Positions 1 to 13,824 of a stretch of DNA of 64,000 nucleotides are shown one piece after another (the stretch's first letter is position 1; each line of letters opens with the position of its first letter). Source of the stretch: Nemertoderma westbladi (lineage: Eukaryota; Animalia; Xenacoelomorpha); the NCBI GenBank assembly GCA_032718475.1, contig JAUCBJ010008623.1:1-64000 (forward strand), in the 5' to 3' direction. The translations under genes and the position numbers were made by a program. Below the pieces are notes generated by a model that saw nothing but the letters and a program-made list of their open reading frames with translations, had not been told where the DNA came from and made no database searches.

Positions 1-3000
1 AGGGGAACGTGATATATATACAATATATTAGAATACCGATATACTTATAATATATAAGTATTATTACAGACTAGATTTGTCACAGAGTACCGGTATATAA
101 TTTTAGCACAAATATATATATATATATAGTAGGCCTATAATGAGTACCGGTATGTCAATTATTTTAGGATAATTGAATTTCTGAATATTTTGGGGTTACT
201 TCGTTACTTTAACTTACTTTATTACCGTTATTTAAGCAGTAGTCCAACTGACAGTGAGACCTAGTTGTTGTATGGCAGGCCTACTATTTTATAAATCGTT
301 TGAGTTGATTTATAATAGATATATACCCGTTTAAAAAGGGTTTTTGACAATATTTGAAATAAATGTTATTATTTCTGGGGAAGTCACTACACAGAAGCAG
401 AGCGCTCTCAGTGAAGTGTTATTTATTTGACACTAAAACTGATAATTCTAATTTACCTAAGTTACTTAATACTACAAATTACTTACGATACGGGTGAGAT
501 TAATTCTCTAATTAAACACAACAAAATATTACGGACGAAATTTTTTAGGGTAATTTTACAGGAAGTCTACAAACCAGTCCAACAAAGGGTTAGATTTCTG
601 GCTATTACAAAGGACAGGGTACTACGGTATTTAAATAATAAGTAGTAGTAAATATATTGTACTGTCCAGATAGGAAAATACCACCGCCTGACGACCTATA
701 ACCGTATCGCTATAGGTACTACGTTATGTATCACGGATTGTTCCTACCCAGAAGCTAATAGAGCTAACGAATGTGCCTATCAACCACTTTACAACACAAA
801 AATACTGCCTACACTAATTACTTCGGATAGCACTGTACACTAAACCCTAAATTAGGTACAAGTACCGGTATAACAAATAATCAGTAGTTAAATATACTTG
901 AACAGTTAAAAGAACCACGGCATCTGCTGGAGTGACCGAAGCACAAAGTCGTCAGTCTTTACCTACGCCAAGCAGCCCTGATGTAGTACCGGGGTTAGTT
1001 TAACTATAACGGTATGTATAACAAGCACAATTACTGTAGGAATAAACTTGGGGACATGAATGTTGCGAATAATCGCATAAACTCTGAATAATAAATATTA
1101 CGCTACCCGTACAGAATACTCAAACAAATACAAACCAAACGCTGGCAGACTACTATCAAGCCTAAACAAACTACTGTATGTGCAGATTCTGAAACTGTTA
1201 GTTAGTATGCGTGCTAACACGGTAGTACGACTTACTCTTTAAGAGGGGATTGACCTTACAGTGTTGACTGCCCCAACTTACTAACGGCACTTGATCAGAC
1301 CAACTCTACACACGCAGCAATCCCTTCAGACCCAAAAAAATAGCTAGACAACAATCCAGCCTACAAATATTTGAGTAATAACTATTACGGTACCTGAACA
1401 GACCACACAAACAAACACAGGCTAAAACACTGGCAGACTACGATCAAGCCTAGATAAACTACAGTATATGCAGACTCTGAAACTGTTAGTTAGTATGCGT
1501 GCTAACACGGTAGTACGACTTACTCTTTAAGAGGGGATTGACCTTACAGTTATGACTGCCCCAACTTACTAACGGCACTTTATCAGACAAACTCTACACA
1601 CGCCGCAATCTCTCCAAACCCAACCACAGTCAGACAGCCGCTCAGCCTACAATTATCTGAACAATCTGAGCAGGGTCACACGCCTTCTGCTCAATATTAG
1701 CCTACTAGGAAATAAAACCGACAAAAATAGGTAAAATCTCAATAAAAATTCAGGGCTGCAGTCCCTGATTAAGTACTAAGACCTACCAGTATACAATAAT
1801 CAAATCGAATAATACTAAATGTACTTATACAGCAGTACCGGTACCGGTGATGACAGTTAGGCCTACTGACCTACAAAGTACCGGTTCAGTTTTACCAGTC
1901 ACTACGGTAGTTTGCAACCTTATTGCCTACTGCAATAAGATTATAAACTGTTACTGTTCGTCAGAACAGTATTAAACTGTATTTAATGCCTACACTTGCA
2001 ACCTTATTGCCTACTGCAATAAGATGTATAAACTGTTACTGTTCGCGCTTTCGAAGACCTTTAGCAGTTTAACCTGCCAAAATTTATATGTCTTCTAGTT
2101 AATTAAAACCACTTTAGCATACGACAATATTTTATGCTAATACGCAAAACATTAGCCGAAGTCAGCCCATGCGCGATCATTCACCCGATGGATCTACACC
2201 CGGGAGACTGAATTCGGATGCTTGAATTGGATTATTACAGTGTAAGGTTGCAGTGTATACCTAATGTATTATTCGATAGATCGTTAATAATTAATCTCTG
2301 ACAGATATTATTGGCTTCCGGGAAATATTAACAGTTCCTTTAGGACGTGGCGCTTTATCTATTTAAACAGAACTAGGACTTATACTAAACGCAACGATAC
2401 TGCTTATAATTAAAGTATAAAGCGTATTCTTTAGGAAATACTTTGTTACCAATCACAATCATACACACTATTCTGCCGACAGTCAGTATATTTGATCACA
2501 CATAAAGAGAGCAGTAATTGACTCACGTAGGGTCTGCTAAATAACATTGGATTCAATACACACCACATTAATATAAATCGCAATTGTTATATATAGCCGG
2601 TCTCTCTAACCTGTAGTGTTATCAAGAAAATTGGGAATTGGGTGATTTATCCGTATTATCCAAATAGCAATATTTCCATCAACAAATATTTACAATTAAT
2701 AACTGACGGTAAAATAACAGTACAAACAATATGATTAATGCAATTAAAAGTATCAAGGTGAGATGAGTGATTTAAGTCAGGTAACAGTTTATACTTTCGA
2801 TAATTCAAGCAGTTTACGGTACAGCAGTATCTATCCAAAAATGCCGGTGTTTCTGGCTTAGACAGCAATAACAACAAAGTATCCAGAAAAAACAGTAAGA
2901 CTGAACACTCTCCTTATGATCGGCAGGAAAGCTACACGTCGACAGGAAAAACCGCCCTGATTGGCCCAAGCCAAACAAAGAACCACGCGGCCAATGGCTG

Positions 3001-3081
3001 TTTCCATGTCAGCAACCAGCTGCTAGATGTCGTAATATGAATCATCACGGCTAAGCTGTGAAAGGTGGTTGGTGCATTACA
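1..3081 (-). mobile_element. Possible long non-coding LTR-like element, truncated by window start
   Basis: Minus strand starts TGTAATGCACC at 3081, with CCAAT motifs and a TATATATAA box near 2590, then about 2.5 kb without credible ORFs. No second terminus or TSD is visible. Confidence 0.25.
1110..1660. repeat. Tandem duplication of about 288 bp (2 copies)
   Basis: CTGGCAGACTAC..ATCAAGCCTA...CTCTACACACGC starts at 1142 and again at 1430. Confidence 0.9.
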
Positions 3082-4417
3082 AGTTTTTTGTCTTACCATG
3101 TCCGCTAAAACACGTATATAGCAGAATTACTTTTATGTCCGTTAAAACACCTGTAAAGGTACCTTGCGGGCGAGGGGAATATATCTACAGTTAGAAAACC
3201 CTTTTAGAGTATTCCAGCGCCTGGGGGGGAACTGGCCAGCATAGGCAAACGTATCAGTTATCCCACAAAAGCTTTTACATCATATTCAAATTATTTATTT
3301 ACTCAAACAGCCAATTTATTATTGAAGTATGAAAATCTGGGGATATGGCAATGGTACATATAAGGTAATGTCTTTCCTTGATATCGTAAAGTACGGAACG
3401 CCAGTAGTAGCTATCCAGTTTACCCATAATAAAAAAAGGTAAGACAAAACTGAAAGAGAGAAGAGCTACATCGAGATGAATTAAATTTACTGATAGCCAT
3501 ACCCTGAAGGCTTACACTACCGCATGACTCGCCCCTTATGCTTCTGTGTCTGGCACAATTTACCATTGCACATTATACTGATGCCTGGCATGTATTTGAT
3601 TCACCTGAATCAACAAAACCGCTTTCTCAAATAAGTATTAGTCAATAACGCTAAATAAAACAATAAAGTAGCATTTTGCGACGGTTTGTGTTTTAAACAT
3701 ATATATAAATTATACATATATTGAAACACAAAATGTAACATACATGTCAGCTACTCTTACAAGCCATATTATTTTCACGAAAAATTTCACAAAAATAACA
3801 TCCTGATCATTTTAAATCAACCCCATCTATTATAAAGGTTATTAAGGTGTATGAATATATAAGTTCCGCAGCTTTTCAATGTATTTCAGTAGCAAAATTA
3901 TTCAAAAATCAAAATTTCAAAAATTATCAAAAACATAACTTCCCCTTTATTTTAAAAGATAATTTAAGTGGATTCATAAGTTGAATGCATAGGAGAATCA
4001 AAGCAAAGAATTACTTATCAACCCACTTAACGTTTAATATTATTAAATTTTCCATATGTAGATTCAAAATACAAAGGTAGCAATACCGTCACTATTTAAC
4101 AATTTATAATTGATTTATTCATAATTTAATTAATTAAATTAATTAAATTTAATTAATTTAATTAAGAAAACATGCAGTTTTAATTAAATAGATATTAATT
4201 CTTCTCAATAAGACAATTAATGGGTGGGTATGCGAAATATACTGTATACTGTAATATGATTTGCAAACAAAAATATTAAACAATTTACATGACTACGAAT
4301 TGTATATCGTCTTTGTATATCAAGCAATAAACTAAATAATAATATTATTAATTGGCAACAAAGATCAATTATTGTATTCCAAACTTGGATTCTATTGGAA
4401 GGGATTGATTTGACCGC

Positions 4418-6013
4418 ACTGGTGTAAACTACAGATTGATTTCTCTACGATTTCTCGCGAACTCTTTCATTTTCTGTGACAGTTTACTGTGCGCGATATT
4501 GCTCTCGAAGATCAGCTCTCGAACCGCGGAGAAACTTCGTGGTTTTCTTTATAGACGTGGTCCTCTCTGAAGCTGATAATTCCACTTCCAACAGGTTAAA
4601 TAATAGTTGTTTTAACTTTTATTTATTTTCTTTTAAAACGTTTATATTTTGATTGTATAAAGGTTGGCTTGCAGCTGACAATGGCTAATTGTACATTGTA
4701 TATATTATTAAACTTACTCTAGAACGAAATAATTAATTCATAATAATTCAGATACGGCAGACTTTCGACGCGACGACAGAAATCATCCCTCCTCCTAGTG
4801 GAAAATCGGCGCTGATTACTCCCAAAATTAAAACTGTCACCTGTATCTGTACTAATGACTTTAGTTTATTGTATTGGTTAGAATAACGCATCACTGCAAC
4901 CCGCTCTTTTCCCTAGTAGATAATTTAACATTGCAACAAGATATAAATATAAATGAGGACTACTTGCGCCAATGTATATGTTTGATTTAATGGTGCAAAT
5001 TGATTGCAAACATATTTTAATAATAATATTAATAATAAATAATTAGTAATCTAATATGAAGCTGTTACAAATAATATTTAAGTACAATATTTACATTACG
5101 TGTTAATAAATTCCTTTCCCAAGCTAATATTTTTCTTACTACACACCACATAACAGCATTTGGTTAATTAAATGCAGCTTATTTACTGTTCTCTGATTGG
5201 GCGAGACCAGACGTCTATTAAATGGTTGGCGTATAAGACATTTAAGGAAAGGTGGGTTGACTCATTGTATTGTGTTATCAAGGTGTAGGGCCTACGTACA
5301 CCTTATGTGTTATGCATTGTATTGTGCATTCTGTCCAATTGTTCGTTGACAAGCAACCACATACAGTCATAATAAACTCGAATAAATAAACAACCTGTTA
5401 GGCCTACCAAATGCAGTACAGCAGTAGTAGCCTCTCCTCTACTACCACTACCACACATCAACAGATGGGCTTGAGTTGGTATTAGTTTTTTTATTTACAG
5501 TTTGTTGATAGTAGGCCTACTGTAGTACATTGTCGATGTTGAAGCGCAGGCGATCACTGAAGGCACTTTTGGCGCTATTTTAATGTGAGATTCACTTACA
5601 ATCTGCCTTTCGCTCTGGCGAAACACACTCGGCGGAATACCCATACCCAATGCTGAACTTTTCAACTGTTTCGAGACATCTGATTACGATTCTTCTACGA
5701 CCTGCCGTTCCCTGAATAAGACTTTGCTATCAAAAAAAATGTGGTCTTGGCGTCTTAGAATCGAAAAAAATGTGGTCTTGGCAAGTCTTAGAATCGAAGT
5801 TGGTAAAGGAAACATCAGCTCCGGTGAGAAGAACAACTGAAGTAAACAACTGACTGACTGAGTTCCTCCGTTGTTAGAGAGCGCTATATCGCGCACAGCA
5901 AATTGTAAGAGTTCGAGAAACTGGAAGAGTTCGCGAGAAATCGTAGATAAATTGTAACAATTTATCTACGATTTCTCGCGAACTACATAACAGTTCTGTA
6001 GTTCAACAGCGTG
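4418..6013. mobile_element. Nested non-autonomous TIR element
   Basis: TCTACGATTTCTCGCGAACTC (about 4445) is inverted against GAGTTCGCGAGAAATCGTAGA (about 5927). Outer AACTACAGA/TCTGTAGTT inverted pair. Ends are approximate. Confidence 0.5.
4793..4917. repeat. Short dispersed repeat (MITE-like), second copy at about 38615-38750
   Basis: GGAAAATCG..GCTGATTACTCCCAAAA.TAAAACT...GTTTATTGT.TTGGTT...TTTCCCTAG is shared by both loci. Confidence 0.55.
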
Positions 6014-7703
6014 ATGGCCCACTCCCTCCCGATAATTTCTTCATATTTTTAATAATAATTTTAAACTAAAGATAATTTCTTCGATTGAGTGTTTGGAATA
6101 AACGTATACGCACGTATACTGAGCGGCCCGGAGGCTGACCTCTCAGCATATGGATTCTGTCGCCGCCGCCGTAACGAACATGCATCACACAGACTCCACG
6201 AAACAGATGGGATTGGAGGATAAAAACCAATAATGACTTACATCAACCAAACAAACTGCCGTCTAATGTAATACACAGTCGCCTAAGCAGACAACTCACA
6301 ATCACATCCTGATCCGCAACCTGGGAAATTGTTATATATTGTCGGTACTGCTACCTTTGTATTTTGAATCTACATATGCAAAATTTAATAATATTAATCG
6401 TTAAGTGGGTTGATAAGTAATTTTTAGCTTTGATTCTCCCATATATTAAACTTATAAATCCACTTCAAATATATTTTAAAATAAAGGGGAAGTTATCTTT
6501 TTGATAGTTTTTGAAATTTAAATATTTTAATTATTTTACTATTGAAATACATTGGAAAATTAACAAGACTTAATATTCATACACCTTAATAACCGTTATA
6601 ATAGATGGGGTTGATTTAAAATTATCAGGATGTTATTTTTGTGAAATTTTTCGTGAAAATAATATGGCTTGTAAGAGTAGCTGACATGTATGTTACATTT
6701 TGTGTTTCAATATATTTATAATTTATATATATGTTTAAAATACAAACCGTCGCAAAATGCTACCTTGTTGTTTTATTTAGCGTTATTGACTAATACTTAT
6801 TTGGGTAAGCGATCCAGCAACAATACTATACATTGGCTTATATTAGAAGCGAAATACAAATATATTTTTTTTACGATAACTGTTTTAAGTAACACGAATT
6901 AATTACAATTACTCTATCTGTTTCGAAACAGGTCAGATAAGGATAAGTAGGGGGGGGGGGGGGGGGGGGATAAACACCCTCTGGTTAAAATATTAGTTTG
7001 TTTTCTTATCTTTTCTGGTGTATAATTTGATTAGTATTTACGGTTTTCACTTTCAGGCATGTCGACCCTTAGCGACAGGCTGGTGAACTGCCGAATAATA
7101 TACGTCCTCCCAAACACGCAACCGCCTGTGGTGTAATCTATATATGCCATGCATCAGCTCGAAAAGATTAAAAACAACAAAAACGCAGGACTTTTTCACC
7201 TTCAGACATTCCACCTACTACCGGTAGACTAGAGAACTTCAGCTTCCTCCCAAACACGAATCCAATCTTGTAGTAGATATTTCCCCAGTATCAGCTCAAA
7301 AACAATAAAATTGGTGATGGGAATGGTTTCACTCTCAGAGATTACACACCCAAGCAGCAGATTGAAGAACTGTAGGCTGGTCGGCGTCCTCTCACTCAAA
7401 CAGGCAGCGTAAGATCTCTGTGGTACATACATACATACATACCTGCAAAGTTTCAGTTAGAACAGCCTTAGTCTTAGTCTAATGGTGAAACTGCAGTTAC
7501 AAAGTCGCCTGAGTCCTGATTGCTGACCAGTAATATATTTTGGCCTAAAACGATGCAAAATAATCCACTTTGACCACATTCGATTCACGCAAACAAATAC
7601 TTAAAATATGACGAGATAGTGACGTTGCTCAAGTTAGCTTTCTATTATTGTATCGCGAGACAGACAGACTGAGATTTATAAGACTTAAAGTCAGAGATTT
7701 TAT

Positions 7704-8287
7704 ATTGGACGGATCCATCATGGATGTTGGACGGATCCGTCATGGATGTTGGACGGATTCGTCATGGATGTTGGACGGATCCATCACGGATGTTGGACGG
7801 ATCCGTCATGGATGTTGGACGGATCCGTCATGGATGTTGGACGGATCCGTCATGGATGTTGGACGGATCCATCATGGATGTTGGACGGATCCGTCATGGA
7901 TGTTGGACGGATCCATCATGGATGTTGGACGGATCCGTCATGGAAGTTGGACGGATCCATCATGGATATTGGACGGATCCGTCATGGATGTTGGATGGAT
8001 CCGTCATGGATGTTGGACGGATCCATCATGGATATTGGACGGATCCGTCATGGATGTTGGATGGATCCGTCATGGATGTTGGACGGATCCATCATGGATG
8101 TTGGACGGGTCCATCAAGGAAGTTGGACGGATCCGTCATGGATGTTGGACGGATCCATCATGGATGTTGGACGGATCCATCATGGATGTTGGACGGATCC
8201 GTCATGGATGTTGGACGGATCCGTCATGGATGTTGGACGGATCCATCATGGATGTTGGACGGATCCGTCATGGATGTTGGATGGATA
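7704..8287. repeat. 22-bp minisatellite (CATGGATGTTGGACGGATCCRT), about 26 copies
   Basis: Direct tandem array; it explains the three overlapping repetitive ORFs. Confidence 0.95.
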
Positions 8288-9173
8288 TACTGTATTTCGA
8301 ATGATTTTAGATAGATTTCAATAGATAGATTTCGTAATTTGCGTCATTATCAATGCATACTACACATATAAGTTCTATCGAAATACGAAAATAAGTGGCC
8401 TAATTTGTAATGACTGGAAATTGCAGAATAAAACTAGCACAAAATCGCACAGACTAAATACTGAAATAGCACGGCGGTACTCTACTACTATAATAACAGT
8501 GGCCTTCTACGTCCTACATACAGAAGCTAGGGACCCCCAATTATTCTACTACATTATATATTTCTCAATAGCAGTCTTACATATGTTTCCTTACATTTTC
8601 AGATATCACTAAATTCCATATAGTAATTTCACTTAGCTACTAATGGGCTACAGTATTATTTAATATAATTAAGGATAACAAAATGTAGCATTTTATAGCG
8701 GTTTGCATATTCGCTATATGTACAAATTCTATATATAGAAATAATCTGTGTTTTTAAAGATATCTCGAAATGCTACCATCACCACTCCCAAAGTTTAATA
8801 TATATAAGTAGCATAGCCGTCAAATCTTCCCATTAACTGAAGGGTTTTTGTATATTCAGTTTCAGAATACAAAAATTATATGTATATTGACCATAGCAGC
8901 CGAACCATGATGATTTGCAAAAAGCAATTTGTTTCCAATGTTAGACATTTTGATTTATTTAATAATAAAATAGTTAAATAAAATGTATTAGATAATAAAA
9001 TTAAAATATAAGAAATGTTAATATAAAACCATATGTATGTCTTTGAAATATATATTAGTGACGGTTCTGCTACATTTTGTGTATATATATATAATATATA
9101 TAATATATAAAAATCTGCAGATACAAAAACAAAATGAGCGGGTCAAGCCGCTATCGCTAATTACGAAAAAAAT

Positions 9174-11085
9174 ATGGCCCCAACAGAACGTTTGTTTCCA
9201 ACGCAAATACAGATCCGTATTGCAGATTGGATAAGAAAGTTCGAACGTTTTCAAGGAAGTGACAATACTGTTATGTCACATCCCGAGGGTGACGCCAATG
9301 ACGGAGACAACGACTTAGATAAATTCGAGGAAGAACTCCTCGAGACTCAGGAAAAGCTAGCTGAGTTTGAAGCGTTTACAAAGGCACAACATGACCATGA
9401 GGTGGCTGTTTCAGTAGTGAATGCCGGTGCGGGAGTTATAATTCCAAATAGAACTGGGGAAACAGGTCGATTGAATAATAATAGGCCGGATCTTCCATAA
9501 ATATCACCACGACGGCCTCCAATACTGGAATCCGACAAAGATTTCAGAAGATTGAAAGAGTGGCGCAGACTTTGGATCAATTATTATAACTTAATGGACA
9601 TGGGTGCTCACAGTCAGCCAGTATATGCATTGCTTGTTTATGGGACTGTTGTTCTCCTGGATTTTTGACAATAATCAACCAAACCCTCTCAGTTACTGCG
9701 GATACACCATGTTGAATAAGTATTGGATATTATCCAAGATTGATTGGTTAGCATACCTGAACGTTTATCGTGAGACGTTGGGTTCGATCCCCGCTGGTGA
9801 CGAATTCATTTTTTCCGCTCCATTTGCTATAGAGTTGGATCATCCTCAGTCCTGCTTAATTACTTAATAAATTATCCAAGTTTATCTTCGATCTCTACGT
9901 AATTCAAATTTAGATTGGCGTGCCTTTCAAAGTTACACCTCCCTGTGTAATGAAATACTAGAACTTGGAGAATATGCCAACACTTCAGTCGTTAATGCAG
10001 ATAGACTCCATACAGCATTGTTAATATTAGCTATCACTGAAGAAGATGACCGAGAAAAGTTGATAGCAGAAGATCCACCTTTGAATTTTAATTCTTCTCG
10101 GAAATTTATTGTTTCTCTAGAATCAGGCTTCAAGAAGTTTAGGACAGACAAACGCATCATCCAGTGAGTGACCAGCTTATCAATGCTAATCGAACAGAAT
10201 ACAATAAAAAGAAATTGAGTTTAAAATCAACTAATTAGAAACCACGCAACCTGGAAAACCAACAAAATAGGAATATTGACGACAAACATAAAATCTATCC
10301 ATGACCAGCACAACCTGGGCGATGTACACGTTGTGGTCAACGTACACATCAACTCAATAAATGTCCAGCAACTACATCCGGTGTTTGGCGTTTGTTGCGA
10401 TGGCACTGGCCATTTCGCCACAGTTTGTCCTTCACGGAAATTAGCTGCTATATCCCACACGATTCCTAGTCCATATGAGTCTGCAGATAAAGATGACATT
10501 TTGGTAATGAAGATTCGAGTTTAGTAGTCAAACCTGTTGGTATAACGGATACTACTTATGATGATAATAAGAACTTATTTTTAAATACTTCAAATTGTTC
10601 ATTAATGACTATTAAACAACCATTAATTTCCGTTAGTCTAATTCCTGATGATTCCCCTTTTTAAATGTGATATTGTAGCCTGGGCAAATACTGGTGCAGG
10701 CGCAACTGTTATGGGTGATGAAACATTTAATACTAGTGGGTTAGCAAATCAATTAGTCCTTATACTCCTCTTATTATACTCCTATTAGTCCTTATATTCC
10801 TATAACAGAGAGTGAAATATGGCCAAATCGATCAATTTGGATAAATAAATTACCGGAATGTAGTTCATTGAATCCTGAATTGAAAACTGAAATTGACCAA
10901 AAATTACACTCAATATATGCATCCTGTTTTTGATGATTCTGAAGAGCTTCGGCCAATGTGCAGTGGGATTGTAGGAAGCCCAATCTCAATAACTTTAAAA
11001 CCAGATGCTGTACCCTTTGATGTACATACTGCTCGATAAGTTCCATATGCTTTGCGCAATAAAGTAATGGAGAAGCTGGAATATT
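9174..11085 (+). mobile_element. Degenerate Gypsy-type LTR retrotransposon remnant (gag, protease, start of RT)
   Basis: Fragmented gag-like frames; protease-like W-A-N-T-G-A-G-A-T-V at about 10681; LKPDAVPF and VPYALRNKV motifs at about 10995-11065; many stops. Confidence 0.55.
9745..9815 (+). mobile_element. tRNA-derived SINE fragment
   Basis: TGGTTAGCATACC...GGGTTCGATCCCC (B box) followed by a T-run. Confidence 0.55.
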
Positions 11086-11433
11086 AATTATTTAATTATC
11101 ATCTAAACATTCGGATAATTAAAATGGAATCACAAATAAGATTAGTAGCGCTAAAAGTAGATAGTTTAAAATAATTAAAATAAATAAGTTATTATATCAT
11201 TACATATTATTATTAAAAGTATTAGAGTTCCAGGGTCATTAAAATTATTGCTTTCCATATCGTTGTGGTGTTTAGGAGGATCCCCTCGCAGGTTGTATAA
11301 TGTAAGAATCTGGAATAAATGATCAAACGGAACATTATAGAACCAGTTGGTGATATCCCTAGATATTAGTTGCCCTAAAACCAACTGGAGATATTCGACT
11401 CTGTGTGGACTTGACGAAATTGAATAAACAGGT

Positions 11434-12020
11434 CTACTACTAGGATCGGCATGCTGCATTGCAGCTGCATTTTTAAGAATGCTGTGCCAGCATGTCGACA
11501 AAATTGCGGCGCCACAACTCCCTATCACCCATGACATTTGCTAGATCATCCGCATCTTCAAGGCCAGTATCCTTTAAGATGCGTCTCAAGAAAGTAATGG
11601 GCTGTCCACCATGCTTATTCACTTCATGAGGCTGCCAAAGTACAAGATTATGCACTGGCTGGTCCTCATGGCAAAAACAATGTCCTGCAAAGCGGGGCGA
11701 TTTTGTTCTAGTGTCAAGCTTGGGGGAACCAATGAGACACCTCCAATGTTATATAGTGTCTGGTTGGAGATGTTTGCATTGTACTTCACACAAAGAACCC
11801 GGCATAGCATTCTTGTGAATGTGCCATCCAGAGATTTGGTGTCCTCAGCAGTTAGAGCCCAACATGGACTCCCATAGACGAGTACTGGAACTACTGCTGC
11901 TCTAAATAATCGGACCTAAGTTTCCGATTAATTCACCGCTGACTTCCAAATCCTGGAAAGCCTATTCAAGGCTGCCCATGCCTTTCCCTTACGTATTCGA
12001 AGGTCCTCACCAGACTACAT
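11434..12020 (-). mobile_element. 5'-truncated RTE-type LINE, 3' end
   Basis: Minus-strand RTE C-terminal peptide (HNLVLWQP..GG.P.TF...L.DTGL) and a (TAG)n tail at 11434; closely matches the copy at 44110. Confidence 0.85.
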
Positions 12021-12112
12021 TACTACAAATGGTCTCTGACCGGATGAGCATAGAATCACAAATGATTGTATGCTTGACCATGTGGACGACTTCTGTTACC
12101 TGGGATTATGGA

Positions 12113-12275
12113 TCCGGTGAGGATTAGGTGAGGACCTTCGAATACGTAAGGAAAAGTTATGGGCAGCCTTGAATAGGCTTTCCAGGATATAGTATTTAGG
12201 CAATATTGCCGACAAGCCGACACAACATTCTTAAACATGCAGCTGCAATGCAGCATGCCGATCCTAGTAGTAGTA
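12113..12275 (+). mobile_element. Internally deleted RTE fragment, head-to-head with the previous copy
   Basis: About 12127-12188 is the reverse complement of about 11950-12011, then jumps to the 3' end CATGCCGATCCTAGTAGTAGTAG. Confidence 0.7.
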
Positions 12276-12449
12276 GATATATTATAGATAGAATTTTGAG
12301 TAATTAATTTATTATAAAAAAAAAAAAATAATAATTTATACATATTTATTAATATTAAGAAACATATATAACAAAATAAATAAAATACAAAAATAACATA
12401 TAAAATAACTTTTAATTATGCACTTTCAATAAATTTGTGATTTAGTCGC

Positions 12450-13345
12450 CTATGGGTATGGCGACGTGTCGGTGTCCGAGTTGGACATCTGTATTGGAGT
12501 CTCGCAGCGTACCAGTCGATTCAGTGCAGAACGCGCACCCCGCAGACACATTAAACCCGCGCGGAGGAGTGCGAAACTCAATTCACGGCGGATCCAACGA
12601 ATACACTCGGAGTACGGTGCCTCACGCTTCTCGGAGAGTAATATCCCGAGTCGCTTTACAAACTGAGACGTGGTTGGCGAGAAGCCACCATACGCCGAGA
12701 ATATGAGCGGCGTAAATGTCGCCAACTCAATTTCACGAATCCGCTCGTCGTAAAGATTACGCTTGCGGGCCTCGTGATGGATGTGGGCGTCGGTGAGAGG
12801 CATTGCAGCATTTGTGGGGGCTAGGGGGTTGAAGATATCCAGAGACATCTAGGAATATCTTCTGATACCTGAAACCCCAGAAACTGCAGACGGACACATC
12901 AAGGCGGGCTTGGTCGTCGGAGGAAGTGGAATGTCGGATGAACTGCTCACCGGTGACTGGCTGCAAATGAGGTTCGACCGCGACGTTATGCACTACTTCG
13001 GTTAGTGTAGTGGCGAAGAAATCGCGGACTTCATTGTGGCGAATAGACGGATAGAGCCGCCTGTAGGACACGACATAGCATGATTTACTGAAAATCGTGT
13101 CCCATAGGCGCACCGGTCCGGAAGAAGTCTCGGTTGCCAACCGTAGCGCAGGCATAGAGCGTCGCGGAACTCCTGCTTACCTAGGTGAGTGTTGTGGATC
13201 GTCACCAGGCGAGAGTTTAGCCAGGACAAAGCGCCCTTCTCGGATGTCAGCTCCCGTAGGTGTTGTTGGTCCCGATTGAGTCCGAAATGAACCTCCTTGA
13301 CCTTATTCTTCAGGTTGGCGGTTTCCCGGATTCTAATAAGGTTAG
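12450..13345 (-). pseudogene. CRE-like element C-terminal region (zinc finger plus restriction-like endonuclease), frameshifted
   Basis: ORF pieces 13002-13229, 12757-13155 and 12450-12848 join into the motif order typical of REL-endonuclease LINEs. Confidence 0.75.
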
Positions 13346-13613
13346 TGATACATACTCAATCGCATGCAATATATATAGGACGATTGCGATACTGGACTCA
13401 CCTGTCTGCATGTCGATTCTTTGTTATATATGTACATATAGCTACCGGTTGTGTACATACGACCTACCCGTTCTGCCATCTAGTACGGTCCGTCTGTAGT
13501 GCTGTCCAAGCACACTGCCTCGTTATTTCAGTATTTAGTTATTCATACTCATCTATATTATACAGCAAGATGTTTATGTTCATATTATTATTCGTCCACT
13601 AAAGGACTCAGCA
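13346..13613 (+). repeat. 5' LTR
   Basis: TGATACATAC...GACTCAGCA; near-identical to the 3' LTR. Confidence 0.95.
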
Positions 13614-13631
13614 TGGCGCAGTTATTGTAGG
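13614..13631 (+). promoter_or_regulatory. Primer binding site (probably tRNA-Ser type)
   Basis: TGGCGCAGTTATTGTAGG directly follows the LTR and resembles the complement of a tRNA-Ser 3' end. Confidence 0.65.
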
Positions 13632-13824
13632 GCTCAGTCATCATGAAACTGAGTTCAGGAGTTACCATCCATACGGGTACCGGACCTACTGCTTACAGCA
13701 CGTCTACTACCTAGGCTGCTGTTAGGCCTATTTATCCTTATAGGCCTACCAGTACTTGCAACTTGCTGCAGCACTGCATTGACAGCCTATCAACCTACAG
13801 ACCCTACCGGTACTGCATTCAGTA

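Larger units (their letters stand above)
3620..6811. mobile_element. Non-autonomous element with about 470-bp terminal inverted repeats (foldback-like)
   Basis: 3620-4090 is the reverse complement of about 6340-6811 (CAAATAAGTATTAGTCAATAACGCTAAATAAAAC vs GTTTTATTTAGCGTTATTGACTAATACTTATTTG). No transposase ORF. Confidence 0.75.

Noticed and set aside
7648-8324. Three overlapping ORFs of about 200 aa
   Set aside because: Artefact of a stop-free 22-bp minisatellite read in all three frames.
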